NCBI GenBank assembly: GCA_963824385.1
Contig: CAWGPD010000004.1
Coordinates: 512,001 to 576,000 of the forward strand
Source: an uncultured Nitrososphaerota archaeon
GTDB lineage: Archaea > Thermoproteota > Nitrososphaeria > Nitrososphaerales > Nitrosopumilaceae
DNA: 64,000 bases
Direction of reading: 5' to 3'
The notes under the pieces are model-generated. The model had not been told where the DNA came from and searched no databases. It worked only from the letters and a program-made list of their open reading frames with translations. A program made the translations under genes and the position numbers. Shown piece after piece: positions 54,948 through 64,000 of this stretch. The first letter of the stretch is position 1. Every line of letters begins with the position of its first letter.

Positions 54948-55955
54948 TTGAAGATTGCAGTAGTTGGAATAGGAGTTGCAGGGGCATATCTCCTTGCGAG
55001 GTTGAAGAATCAACATGAAGTAGTAGGTTTTGAAAGATCTACACTGGAGAACCATGATTCCATATGTGCGTGGGGTACATCAAAAGCTCCGATGCAAGAA
55101 TTTTCTAAAAAAGTTGGACTTGATTTTAATGATTATGTAATTCACGATGGAAAACAGATGTATGTTGACATGGGTTTAGAAAGATTCCAAATTAAACTCA
55201 AAGGACTTTGTACGTACAATAAGATTGGATTGATAAAAGACATGGCAAAAGGATGTAAGATACATTATGGAGCTGCTCCAAAATTGCAGGATTTAGAACC
55301 TGAATTTGATATGATTATAGATTCTACAGGTTTTCATAGGTCATACTTACCAAGACTTGAAAAAGATTTCCATCTGCCAACTTTTCAATACAAAGTACAA
55401 TACGAAGACAAGGTACCATTTGATGATTTTTATCTTAAACCATTTTCTTCCATCAGCGGATATTTTTGGTATTTCCCCCTGGGTGATAAAATTGCCCATA
55501 TTGGTGCTGGAGATAAAAATAGAAATCACATTGTAGAAACTAATGCATTCTTAAAAAAATACGGAGGTAAAGTTCTAAAGACAGTCGGAAGACCGATACG
55601 TCTTGCCACCCCTAATCTTTGCGAACCGTTCTATCATGGAAAGGTGGTTGGAGTTGGAGAATCAATAGGGACAGTTTACCCACTACTGGGTGAAGGAATA
55701 ATTCCAAGTATGACTTGTGGTGATATTTTTGTTGAAACATTAGGAAATAATGAAAGATATAGACAATTGGTACTTGAAAAATTTGCCATTTATTCCAAGG
55801 TATTGGATTTTGTAAGAAACAAGATGGAAAGCAAGTTTGGAATAATGAAGAATTTTTTCGATATGTTATCCATCTATAGATATATGAAGAAAAATGAGAG
55901 CAGATTTGGAATGGAGATCAAAATGACAGATATGATGAAGGTAGCAAAGGCTTAG
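54948..55955 (+). CDS. FAD-dependent oxidoreductase, geranylgeranyl reductase-like
   Basis: GIGVAG, CAWG, GYFWYFP, VGESIG.V.PLLGEGI. Confidence 0.8.
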   Translation: MKIAVVGIGVAGAYLLARLKNQHEVVGFERSTLENHDSICAWGTSKAPMQEFSKKVGLDFNDYVIHDGKQMYVDMGLERFQIKLKGLCTYNKIGLIKDMAKGCKIHYGAAPKLQDLEPEFDMIIDSTGFHRSYLPRLEKDFHLPTFQYKVQYEDKVPFDDFYLKPFSSISGYFWYFPLGDKIAHIGAGDKNRNHIVETNAFLKKYGGKVLKTVGRPIRLATPNLCEPFYHGKVVGVGESIGTVYPLLGEGIIPSMTCGDIFVETLGNNERYRQLVLEKFAIYSKVLDFVRNKMESKFGIMKNFFDMLSIYRYMKKNESRFGMEIKMTDMMKVAKA

Positions 55956-55957
55956 AA

Positions 55958-56659
55958 TTACATACTTACATAACCGAAATTTTCTCTTGTTGTTCTATTT
56001 GAATTCATAGTGTAATCATAGATCATTTTGGAATATTCTAGTAAAACTTCTTTCATGTCATCAAGAGATTTTGCAAAATAAAATCCTGGACAATCCCCAG
56101 TAAATTGAAATGTAGCATGCACTCTGGCGTTTCCTTTTTCATTTTCAAGCCATGATGAGAATGGGTAAAGATAACACACTCCTGGTCTAGATGGATGAAG
56201 TCCACAGTAACCTTTTTCATCAAGAAATCTACATTTGATATAAGTTCCATCTTCTGACTCTTTTTCATCTTCTTTACGTTTTAGATTTATCATGGTCATT
56301 ACCACTGAATTTCCTCCAGGCCCCTTCTCTTCCCAAGTAGAGATATTGGTCTCTTTTTTTATAAAATCAGAGACTTTGTCATAATGTAGATTCTTGCTTA
56401 TTGTTATTAGATCATTACTTGTTAGTGGAAGTCTTCCTTGTCTGTTACAGCAATTATGGCAGTCTGGCCAGTAGCATTTCCACAATACATAGCCATTTTC
56501 ATCTCCAAGATATGGAATATGAAAAATTACATCATTTACTTTAACTTGAAAATCTGTAACATCTGTTTTTTTACCTAGAATAAAATCTAGAATAATAGGC
56601 TCAATTTTCCAGTTTTTTGATAATAGTTCTAATGCTTCTTCTATTTTTGATACCATCAA
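55958..56659 (-). CDS. YkgJ/UPF0153 family cysteine-cluster protein
   Basis: C-x4-C-x2-CC ... CRFL...CGLHPSRPGVCYLYPF. Confidence 0.85.
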   Translation of the reverse strand: MMVSKIEEALELLSKNWKIEPIILDFILGKKTDVTDFQVKVNDVIFHIPYLGDENGYVLWKCYWPDCHNCCNRQGRLPLTSNDLITISKNLHYDKVSDFIKKETNISTWEEKGPGGNSVVMTMINLKRKEDEKESEDGTYIKCRFLDEKGYCGLHPSRPGVCYLYPFSSWLENEKGNARVHATFQFTGDCPGFYFAKSLDDMKEVLLEYSKMIYDYTMNSNRTTRENFGYVSM

Positions 56660-56696
56660 CTAATAAATGGAGATCGGAACTTTTTGAACGTTATCA

Positions 56697-57017
56697 ATGT
56701 TAGAAGAGAAGGGAAAGTATGCATCTGCTACTCAAAATCGAAGATTTGTCTGGGAAAAAGTCATGTGGCCATTAATTTTAGAATTAAATACGATTAGCTT
56801 TTCCACTCTACAATACAAGAAAAAACGTGATCAAGTATGTAAGGAATTAAACATTCCATCATCCCGGATTGCAGGAGGTTTTGTCTCACTTTTATTAAAA
56901 GGAATTTTATACAAAGAAAACAAAATCTACTCTATTCATTATAGATTGATTCCTTACATGAGACTTGGGGCAAATTGCGATTATGCTACTGCAGTCCGTG
57001 AGGCAAGTACAAAATAA
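56697..57017 (+). CDS. Hypothetical protein, possible winged helix
   Basis: 106-aa ORF; LLKGILYKENKIYSI wing-like segment. Confidence 0.65.
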   Translation: MLEEKGKYASATQNRRFVWEKVMWPLILELNTISFSTLQYKKKRDQVCKELNIPSSRIAGGFVSLLLKGILYKENKIYSIHYRLIPYMRLGANCDYATAVREASTK

Positions 57018-57048
57018 TATATTCTCAAGAAATACCAGTCGTCTCGGT

Positions 57049-57151
57049 AGCCCGATAGTCTAGCGGTCAAACAATTTTGGATCAGGGATCTCAGGCTCTG
57101 GATCTTACGAGAGGACACCTGGGGACGGCAGTTCGAATCTGCCTCGGGCTA
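57049..57151 (+). tRNA. tRNA-Gln(CTG) with two introns (D-loop 57071-57085; anticodon 37/38 at 57102-57116)
   Basis: Spliced AGCCCGA TA GTCT AGCGGTCAA GGAT C TCAGG CTCTGGA CCTGG GGAC GGCAG TTCGAAT CTGCC TCGGGCT A; A1-U72 pair typical of archaeal Gln. Confidence 0.9.
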
Positions 57152-57175
57152 TCTATAATTTTTAAAAAATGTCTT

Positions 57176-57775
57176 CTATCTAGAAGCCATTGCGATTCTT
57201 TCTAATTCATTCTTCTTCTTAACAGAAGGAGCATTCATGTCATTTGCAGAAGCAAGTATCAGATGTTCTGCAAGATTTTCCTCTACTGCTTTAGGATTAG
57301 AAAATGATGCATCTCTAACACCTTCTGCTATGAATCTCAATGCTAGATCAACTCTTCTTAGTGGAGCAACATCTACTGAAACGTGATAAACAGTTCCACC
57401 ATAAACTATTCTAGTTGTATCTTCATTTGGTGCAGAATGTTCTACTGCTCTAATCAAGACTTCAACTGGATTTTTCCCAGTTTTAAGATGTATAATTTCA
57501 AATGCTGCTTTTACTGTATTGATTGCACGAACTTTCTTTCCACCCATTCTACCAGTGTTTTTTGCATATTTCTTTCCAAAGTGAGATAATTTGTTAATTA
57601 GTCGTTCAGTAATGTTGACTTCGGATTTATTAAATCGTTTAAGTGCTGATCTTCCAAAAGACAGAGGCATTATTCCTTGTTTAAGAGATATTACATTTTT
57701 CAGACCAGGATCTTTAACATCAATGTTAGAGATATCCCATTTTCTAAAAAGTAAAAGATTCTGTGTTTCTGTCAT
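57176..57775 (-). CDS. rps7: 30S ribosomal protein S7
   Basis: LFRKWD, DPGL, VDVAPLRRVD, KKKNELERIA. Confidence 0.96.
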   Translation of the reverse strand: MTETQNLLLFRKWDISNIDVKDPGLKNVISLKQGIMPLSFGRSALKRFNKSEVNITERLINKLSHFGKKYAKNTGRMGGKKVRAINTVKAAFEIIHLKTGKNPVEVLIRAVEHSAPNEDTTRIVYGGTVYHVSVDVAPLRRVDLALRFIAEGVRDASFSNPKAVEENLAEHLILASANDMNAPSVKKKNELERIAMASR

Positions 57776-57778
57776 TTT

Positions 57779-58216
57779 CTATCTCCTAGGTTTCTCTTTC
57801 TTTCCGTAAACAAGTTCTTTAAGTGAAGTTCCATTTACCTTGAATACTTTCCATCTTACACCAGGAATATCACCAAGTGCGCCTCCCATGGATGCTCCCA
57901 TACCTTCTACATGTACTTCGTCATGTTCATCAACAAAATTAAGTGCACCGTCTCTTGGAAGGAAAGCAGTAACTGTTTTACCATTCTTTATGAGTTGAAC
58001 TCTAACACATTTTCTTACAGCAGAGTTGGGCTGCTTTGCTTCTATTCCAACTTTTTCTAAAACTATACCACGAGTCTGTGGTGCACCACCAAGTGGGCTG
58101 GCCTTCTTGTCAAGACCCAATTCTCTTCTCTTGTAAGTACCTATAGACCATTTTTGGCGTTTTCTTTTATCCTTTAGAACTCTTCCTGCAAATAGACCTA
58201 GTGGTGATTTTGCCAT
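57779..58216 (-). CDS. rps12: 30S ribosomal protein S12
   Basis: [24 protein letters not shown]. Confidence 0.97.
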   Translation of the reverse strand: MAKSPLGLFAGRVLKDKRKRQKWSIGTYKRRELGLDKKASPLGGAPQTRGIVLEKVGIEAKQPNSAVRKCVRVQLIKNGKTVTAFLPRDGALNFVDEHDEVHVEGMGASMGGALGDIPGVRWKVFKVNGTSLKELVYGKKEKPRR

Positions 58217-58221
58217 ACCAT

Positions 58222-58680
58222 TTACTCCATTATTCTCTCCGGACTTTGTATAAGAACACTAGAAATTTGGAAGTATCTCTTGGCTAATAGTCTTGCTTTT
58301 TCTGCATTGCGGCCTTCTCTGCCAACTACAATTCCTTTCTTCTTTGCATCAACTAGAACAATTGCTTGAAGTGAACCGTCCAATCTTTTATTTATTTTTA
58401 CTTCAGAAACTAGTTTTGGATTGAGCATGTTCTTAAGAAATTCTGATGGCTCTTCAGAATATTCTACAAGTTCAACATTTCTTTTTACTACATTTTGTAA
58501 ATTCTTAATCGTAGAACCACCTTTACCAATAGCTAACCCCATCTTACCTTGATTTACTACAAAAATGACTCGATCCTGCTTTTCATCTTCAATACAATCT
58601 CTAGCAGTAACTCCAGTCACATTCTGAAAAAGTGACATTAATTTTAATTGATCTGTTGTTAGTTTGATTGTTTCCGTCAT
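58222..58680 (-). CDS. nusA: NusA-like KH-domain protein
   Basis: [17 protein letters not shown]. Confidence 0.93.
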   Translation of the reverse strand: MTETIKLTTDQLKLMSLFQNVTGVTARDCIEDEKQDRVIFVVNQGKMGLAIGKGGSTIKNLQNVVKRNVELVEYSEEPSEFLKNMLNPKLVSEVKINKRLDGSLQAIVLVDAKKKGIVVGREGRNAEKARLLAKRYFQISSVLIQSPERIME

Positions 58681-58754
58681 GCCTTTTTTAAACTCGATCT
58701 CTTTGTGGGACATTTAAATCTTGATAGAAAGCACATGAGGAAAATGACATTTGA

Positions 58755-59072
58755 TTATTTCGTCTCTATTTCGAGTTCTTTTGTAATTGCTTTAAGATTA
58801 GTATCGCTTAGAGTCTTAAGCGATAGTGCAGAAATTCTGAATTGTGTTCCACATAGTCTACCAAGTTCAACGGAGGAGCCATTATAATTCAAAGTTGGAA
58901 CCTTTGAACTTTTAGCCACTTCTTGTATTTTTTCAAGCGTTTCTTCTGAAACCGAATGTGATAGGAGAATTAGTTTTGAATTTTTAATTGTACTAATTGC
59001 TTCTTTAGTACCAAAAGAGCATTTACCATCCTCAATTGCATCTTTGATTACTTTTTCTAATAGTTTAACCAT
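58755..59072 (-). CDS. rpl30e: 50S ribosomal protein L30e
   Basis: [11 protein letters not shown]; position after rpoA. Confidence 0.9.
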   Translation of the reverse strand: MVKLLEKVIKDAIEDGKCSFGTKEAISTIKNSKLILLSHSVSEETLEKIQEVAKSSKVPTLNYNGSSVELGRLCGTQFRISALSLKTLSDTNLKAITKELEIETK

Positions 59073-62000
59073 CTTGAACCACTCTCATGTAAAGATCAAC
59101 TGTTCCCGTGCCTATTGGAATATTTGCACCCACTATAACATTTTCTGTTACTCCCTTGAGTTCTTCAACTTCTCCTGCTAGTGCAGCTTCAGCAATTGTT
59201 GGAACTGTAATTTCAAATGCAGCTCTTGCAAGTACACTTGTCTTTGTTCCAGCAATTCCATGTCTTCCAATTTGTTGTAAATATCCTCTTGAACACATTA
59301 AATCAGATACTAACATGAGATATCTCACATCAACTTCTAGACCTTGATCAGATAGGGTAGAATTTAGTTCATTTATCAATGAATTTCGTGCAGCCTCTAT
59401 ACCCAAGACTACCTGCTATTTCAAAGATATTGTTTGTTCTGATATTTTTCTTATCTATACCATCTATCTCCCATACTTTTGCTATGTTAGAGCCAGAAGT
59501 TTGTATGACCCATTCTTCTCCTTGTTGTACGATTGTTACTCGTTCGACATCAGTAACACCTTTTACAGTAGTTGAAAGTATTTTGTTTCTCATTGCAAGA
59601 ACAGTTTGAGTATCAGATTCTTCTGGTAGTGTCAAGGTGATAGAATTTCCACTTGGTTCAATTTCGAATTTTTTCTTGGAAGACTGTAATGCGTCTACTA
59701 CATTCTCAATTGTACATGCTCTTTCTCTTAGCTTATCTTGATTAAGATTGAGTTTAATCTTTGTAGAATAATCAGTTTCAGTACTAGTGATCAATGCACT
59801 AATTTTTGTATGTAAGATTTCTCTGGCTACTTTAATTGCTTTTTCTTTTGATTTTTTATAATTTTCTTCCAGGTAGATATCCATTGTTGGTGTTACGGGT
59901 TTCTTTCTTGCATCTACAAGTTCAATTAATCTTGGAAGTCCTAGAGTTACGTTTCTTTCTCTGATACCTGCAAAGTGGAATGTTCTAAGTGTCATCTGAG
60001 TACCTGGTTCGCCTATTGATTGGGCTGTAACTACACCAACTGCTTGACCAGGTTCAACTTTTGCATTATCATAAAGTTCTAATGCTTTTTTACAGACTTT
60101 ATCAACACCATCTCTGCTAAGTTTTGATTCAAGTAAAGATTCGAGTACAGTTTTTGATAAACGTGGATTGAATGTCTTTGCATATTTTTTAACTAGTTCT
60201 GTAATTTCTTCCTTAGAAGCTTTCTTTCCAGAATCAATGATGCTCTCAGATTCTACCAATCTAGCAATTCTAAATGCCTCACCATGATCACTTTTTGCTA
60301 CGTCTATTCCATCTTCACCATAGAGGAATTGGATTATGTGACCATGAGGATCTCGTACTGTTCCATCATATTCTAGTTTAAGATGTTCAAGTGCATTGAT
60401 GAGTCTTCTTTGCATGTAACCACTTTGCTGTGTTCTAACTGCAGTATCGACAAGACCTTCTCTACCTCCCATAGCATGGAAGAAAAATTCTAGTGTTGAC
60501 AATCCCTCCCTATAATTGGATTTTACAAATCCCTTACCGTCTGGATTTGCATCATGTTCTTTGAAGTGTGGTAATGCTCTGTTACTGTAACCTTTGAGAA
60601 TTCTTCTACCTCTAATTGATTGTTGACCTAATGCACCTGCCATCTGACCAATGTTTAATGAAGAACCTCTAGCACCTGTTGTTGCCATTATTCTTCCTGC
60701 ATTAGTTTCATCAAAAGATTTGTCTGCAGAGTTTCCAGCTTTATCTCTTGCTTTTGAGAGTTCATTTACGATTTGAGCTTCTAATGCCTCTTCAGCAGAA
60801 AGACCTCTGCTAAGTTGTAGAGTACCCTTCTTTGCTTGAGATATGAAATCATATACTTTATCATATGATTCCTGAATGTTTTCAAGAATTCCATCTTTTG
60901 TCTTTGTTGCAAGTTCAAGATCAGCATAACCATAACTAAATCCATATCCAGTGATGAATTGTTTTAACATTATCAAGATGGAGTTAAGGAAATTCTTTGC
61001 CTCTTCATATCCATAATCTTTGGTAATTCTATGTAGAACACTATCAGGTTCTTCTGCACCAATTGATGCTTTGTCAATCACACCACTTACTAGTTGACCA
61101 TTTTTAATTACAACATCTTTTACAGGACCCTTTGTTCCCTTGGACCATTTTGAAGTAATAACATAATTGAAGTCCTTTGGTAAGAAAAGCGAGAAGAGTT
61201 GTTTACCGCTATAAAGTGAACCACCTTTTGCTTTAACTGCTGGCTCTGGGAATGTTCCAGTGTAACCACCCAACATTGCAAGATTTGCAAATTCTTGTGG
61301 TGTTAAAGTAGTACCATCTTTAGTAAGCAAATATGCTCCAGTAATGAAATCGCGTAATGCACCTATGATAGGACCTCCATATCTTGGAGAGATTAATTGG
61401 TCTTGAACACGCATTAAGAGTATAGCTTCTGCTCTTGCTTCTTCACTTTGAGGAACGTGAAGATTCATCTCATCGCCATCAAAGTCAGCGTTGTAAGGAG
61501 GACAGACTGATGGATGTAGTCTAAAGGTCTTGCCAGGTAATACTCTAACATAATGACCCATGATTGACATTTGGTGCAATGATGGTTGTCTGTTAAACAT
61601 TACAATATCACCATCAGAAAGATGTCTTTCTACAAGATATCCAATTTCAATATTATTTGCAATGGTTTCTCTATCTTCAACGAAATCAAGTCTAATTTTT
61701 ACTCCATCAGGTCTTACAATATAGTTAGCTCCTGGGAACTTACTTGGTCCGTTTACGACAAGTTTTTTCAGTCTTTCAATGTTCCATTCAGTAACAACTT
61801 CTGGAATTGTAAGTTTAGTTGCAACTGCTTCTGGAACTCCCACTTCAGAGATTTCCAAGTTTGGATCAGGTGAGATAACAGTTCTACTTGAAAAGTCAAC
61901 TCTTTTTCCTGATAATGAACCTCTGAATCTTCCTTCTTTACCTTTTAATCTTTGAGTGAGAGTTTTGAGAGGTCTTCCTGATCTGTGATGAGCTTGTGGA

Positions 62001-62860
62001 ATTCCTGATACTTCATTATCAAAGTAAGTTGTAACGTGATATTGTAAAAGATCAACCAAGTCTTGTACGATAAGTGGAGGCGTTCCAGCTTCTTTACTCT
62101 CTTTGAGTCTTTGATTTACTCTGATAATATCAACAAGTTTGTGAGTCAAATCATCTTCAGATCTGATTCCTGTTTCTAGAATAATTGACGGTCTTACTGT
62201 AACTGGAGGAACCGGAAGAACTTGTAAAATAAACCACTCTGGTCTTGCTGTAGTGGGATCATATCCCAACAATTTAAGATCCTCATCAATCATGTGCGAG
62301 AATCTTTCTCTAATTGTAATTGGGAGTAATCTATTCTCACCAGACTCAGTTCTTTCTATGAAGATAGTTGGTTTTGTAAATATCATTTCATACTGTGACT
62401 TGCCACAGTGAGGACATGTCTTTTCTTTCTTGGCTCTTTCAATAATTTCAGTTGGAATATGTTTAATCGAGATTACAGTATACGCTGCTTCCTTTTTCAT
62501 AATTTGATGATATTCTTCTAATTCTTCTTGAGGAAGTTTTAGTCTGGCACATGATCTACATGTTGTAATCAAAAGTTTGTAGATATTATCTATGAATGCA
62601 ATATGTAAAACAGGTTCTGCAAGTTCAATGTGACCAAAGTGACCTGGGCATCGTGCAACTGTATTACCACATGTAAGACATTTCTGTCCTGGCTCAAGTG
62701 TACCAAGTCTTCCATCCATCAAACCTCCCTGTACTGACATTCCATCTTCATCATAAGTCTCAGGTGCAGTAATTTCTGCAACAGAATATTTTCTAATCTC
62801 TGTTGGAGACCATACAGAGAACTTTATTCCATCAATTACTTTTATTGTCTCAAGTGCCAT
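59065..62860 (-). CDS. rpoA: RNA polymerase subunit Rpo1 (unsplit A'+A''; frameshift at ~59408)
   Basis: [24 protein letters not shown] and [11 protein letters not shown] in one ORF; C-terminal GIEAAR...ARAAFE in the shifted frame. Confidence 0.96.
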
Positions 62861-64000
62861 TACACTCTCTCCTTTATCAAAAGTCTTGGTGCCACATCAA
62901 GACTCATCATTTCTTGTAGAAGTAGCTTGAATGCATATGCAACAGAGATGGAGGTAACTTTTGCTTTATCTCCACAGACTCTACATACAAATCTTCTTTG
63001 TTTAATATCATAATAAGAAACCAATCCACATCTTTCACATATGTAGATATCCGCTTTGTCAGATTCATCAAGTAATCTATCTTTTAGCATCATAGATGCA
63101 CCATATGCAATAAGACAGTCTCGCTCCATTTCACCAAATCTCAAACCACCGCCTCTTGCACGTCCTTCTGTTGGTTGTTTTGTTAACATTTGCACTTGAC
63201 CTCTTGCTCTTGCATGAATTTTGTCTGCTACCATGTGGTGAAGTTTTTGATAATATACAACTCCAATGAAAACATCTACTGCAAATGGCTTTCCTGTTCT
63301 TCCATCATACATTACTTCTTTTCCAGAATACTTGAATCCATTTTGTTCTAAAACTCCTTTTACATCTTCAAGTTTTTCTCCAACAAAAGCAGAACCATCC
63401 ATCTTACTTCCACGTAATGCAGCAGCTTTTCCTGTTACAGATTCTAGGAACATTCCAACTGTCATTCTGGATGGGAAAGCATGTGGATTAATCATAACAT
63501 CTGGCACAACACCATCTGCAGTATATGGAAGATCTTCATGATTTACAAGTAATCCAACGACACCCTTCTGACCATGTCTCGAAGCAAATTTGTCACCGAT
63601 TTCTGGAATTCGAAGATCTCTTACTCTAATCTTATACATTCTTCCTCCGTCATGAGATTGAGTCATGACAACAGTATCAACTACTCCATTTTCAGATGGT
63701 CTTACACCAATTGATGTATCTCTTCGATATGGTCCCTTTACTTCAAACTCTCTATACTCTTCCATGAATCTGGGTGGACTTGTTTTTCCAATTAGTATAT
63801 CCCCACCTTGTACTGTTGATTCGGTTGCAATTACACCATCTTCTTCTAATAATCTATATGCCTTGTCTCCTCTAAATCCACGAATATTTCCTTCTGCAGT
63901 TGGAATCTCAAAATTATCTCTCATGCCACCAGGATATTGTTTTGCTTCAGCTTCATAGATTCGGTAGAAGAATGTCCTACCAAGTCCTCTATCAATTGAA
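62860..64000 (-). CDS. rpoB: RNA polymerase subunit Rpo2/B (3' part; starts beyond the window)
   Basis: GDKFASRHGQKG, NPHAFPSRMT, GLRFGEMERD. Confidence 0.97.
   Translation of the reverse strand, partial: SIDRGLGRTFFYRIYEAEAKQYPGGMRDNFEIPTAEGNIRGFRGDKAYRLLEEDGVIATESTVQGGDILIGKTSPPRFMEEYREFEVKGPYRRDTSIGVRPSENGVVDTVVMTQSHDGGRMYKIRVRDLRIPEIGDKFASRHGQKGVVGLLVNHEDLPYTADGVVPDVMINPHAFPSRMTVGMFLESVTGKAAALRGSKMDGSAFVGEKLEDVKGVLEQNGFKYSGKEVMYDGRTGKPFAVDVFIGVVYYQKLHHMVADKIHARARGQVQMLTKQPTEGRARGGGLRFGEMERDCLIAYGASMMLKDRLLDESDKADIYICERCGLVSYYDIKQRRFVCRVCGDKAKVTSISVAYAFKLLLQEMMSLDVAPRLLIKERV

Noticed and set aside
59065..59406. Separate rpoA'' gene
   Set aside because: The break lies well inside the A'' region, after the SIGEPGTQ motif, and is repaired by a single-base change at an AGCT site.
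9810..62860. Mass pseudogenisation or programmed frameshifting
   Set aside because: The lesions hit essential single-copy genes (secY, leuS, rpoA, rpoD, ribosomal proteins) with no other decay and no slippery sequences, so sequencing error is far more likely.

Overview
Core-genome window of an ammonia-oxidising archaeon (Nitrososphaeria/Thaumarchaeota). The unsplit RNA polymerase A subunit, short XPF and gene order support this; a Nitrosotalea-like genus is only a guess. The window holds the exosome/prefoldin/KEOPS cluster, ribosomal protein blocks, secY/adk/cmk/cbf5, RNAP rpoB/rpoA/rpoD, alaS, leuS, two tandem LeuCD-family dehydratases, a 2-oxoacid:ferredoxin oxidoreductase, PEPCK, SOD, an S8 protease and two intron-containing tRNAs (Ser-GGA with one intron, Gln-CTG with two). 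Three things stand out. (1) About 21 frameshift or stop lesions interrupt conserved genes, many of them essential. 18 of them can be repaired by restoring the tetranucleotide AGCT or a base next to it, and one by restoring GATC. This suggests base-calling errors at methylated motifs, i.e. an epigenetic footprint rather than real pseudogenes. (2) An arsenic cluster arsC-arsM-arsC-aquaporin has no ArsR but sits divergent from a three-cysteine HxlR-family regulator, a candidate new As(III) sensor. (3) A 46-aa, 8-Cys microprotein is absent from the ORF track, and FtsY carries a C-terminal perfect 24-bp repeat plus a probable amphipathic membrane-targeting tail. All annotations come from reading sequence motifs; no searches were run.
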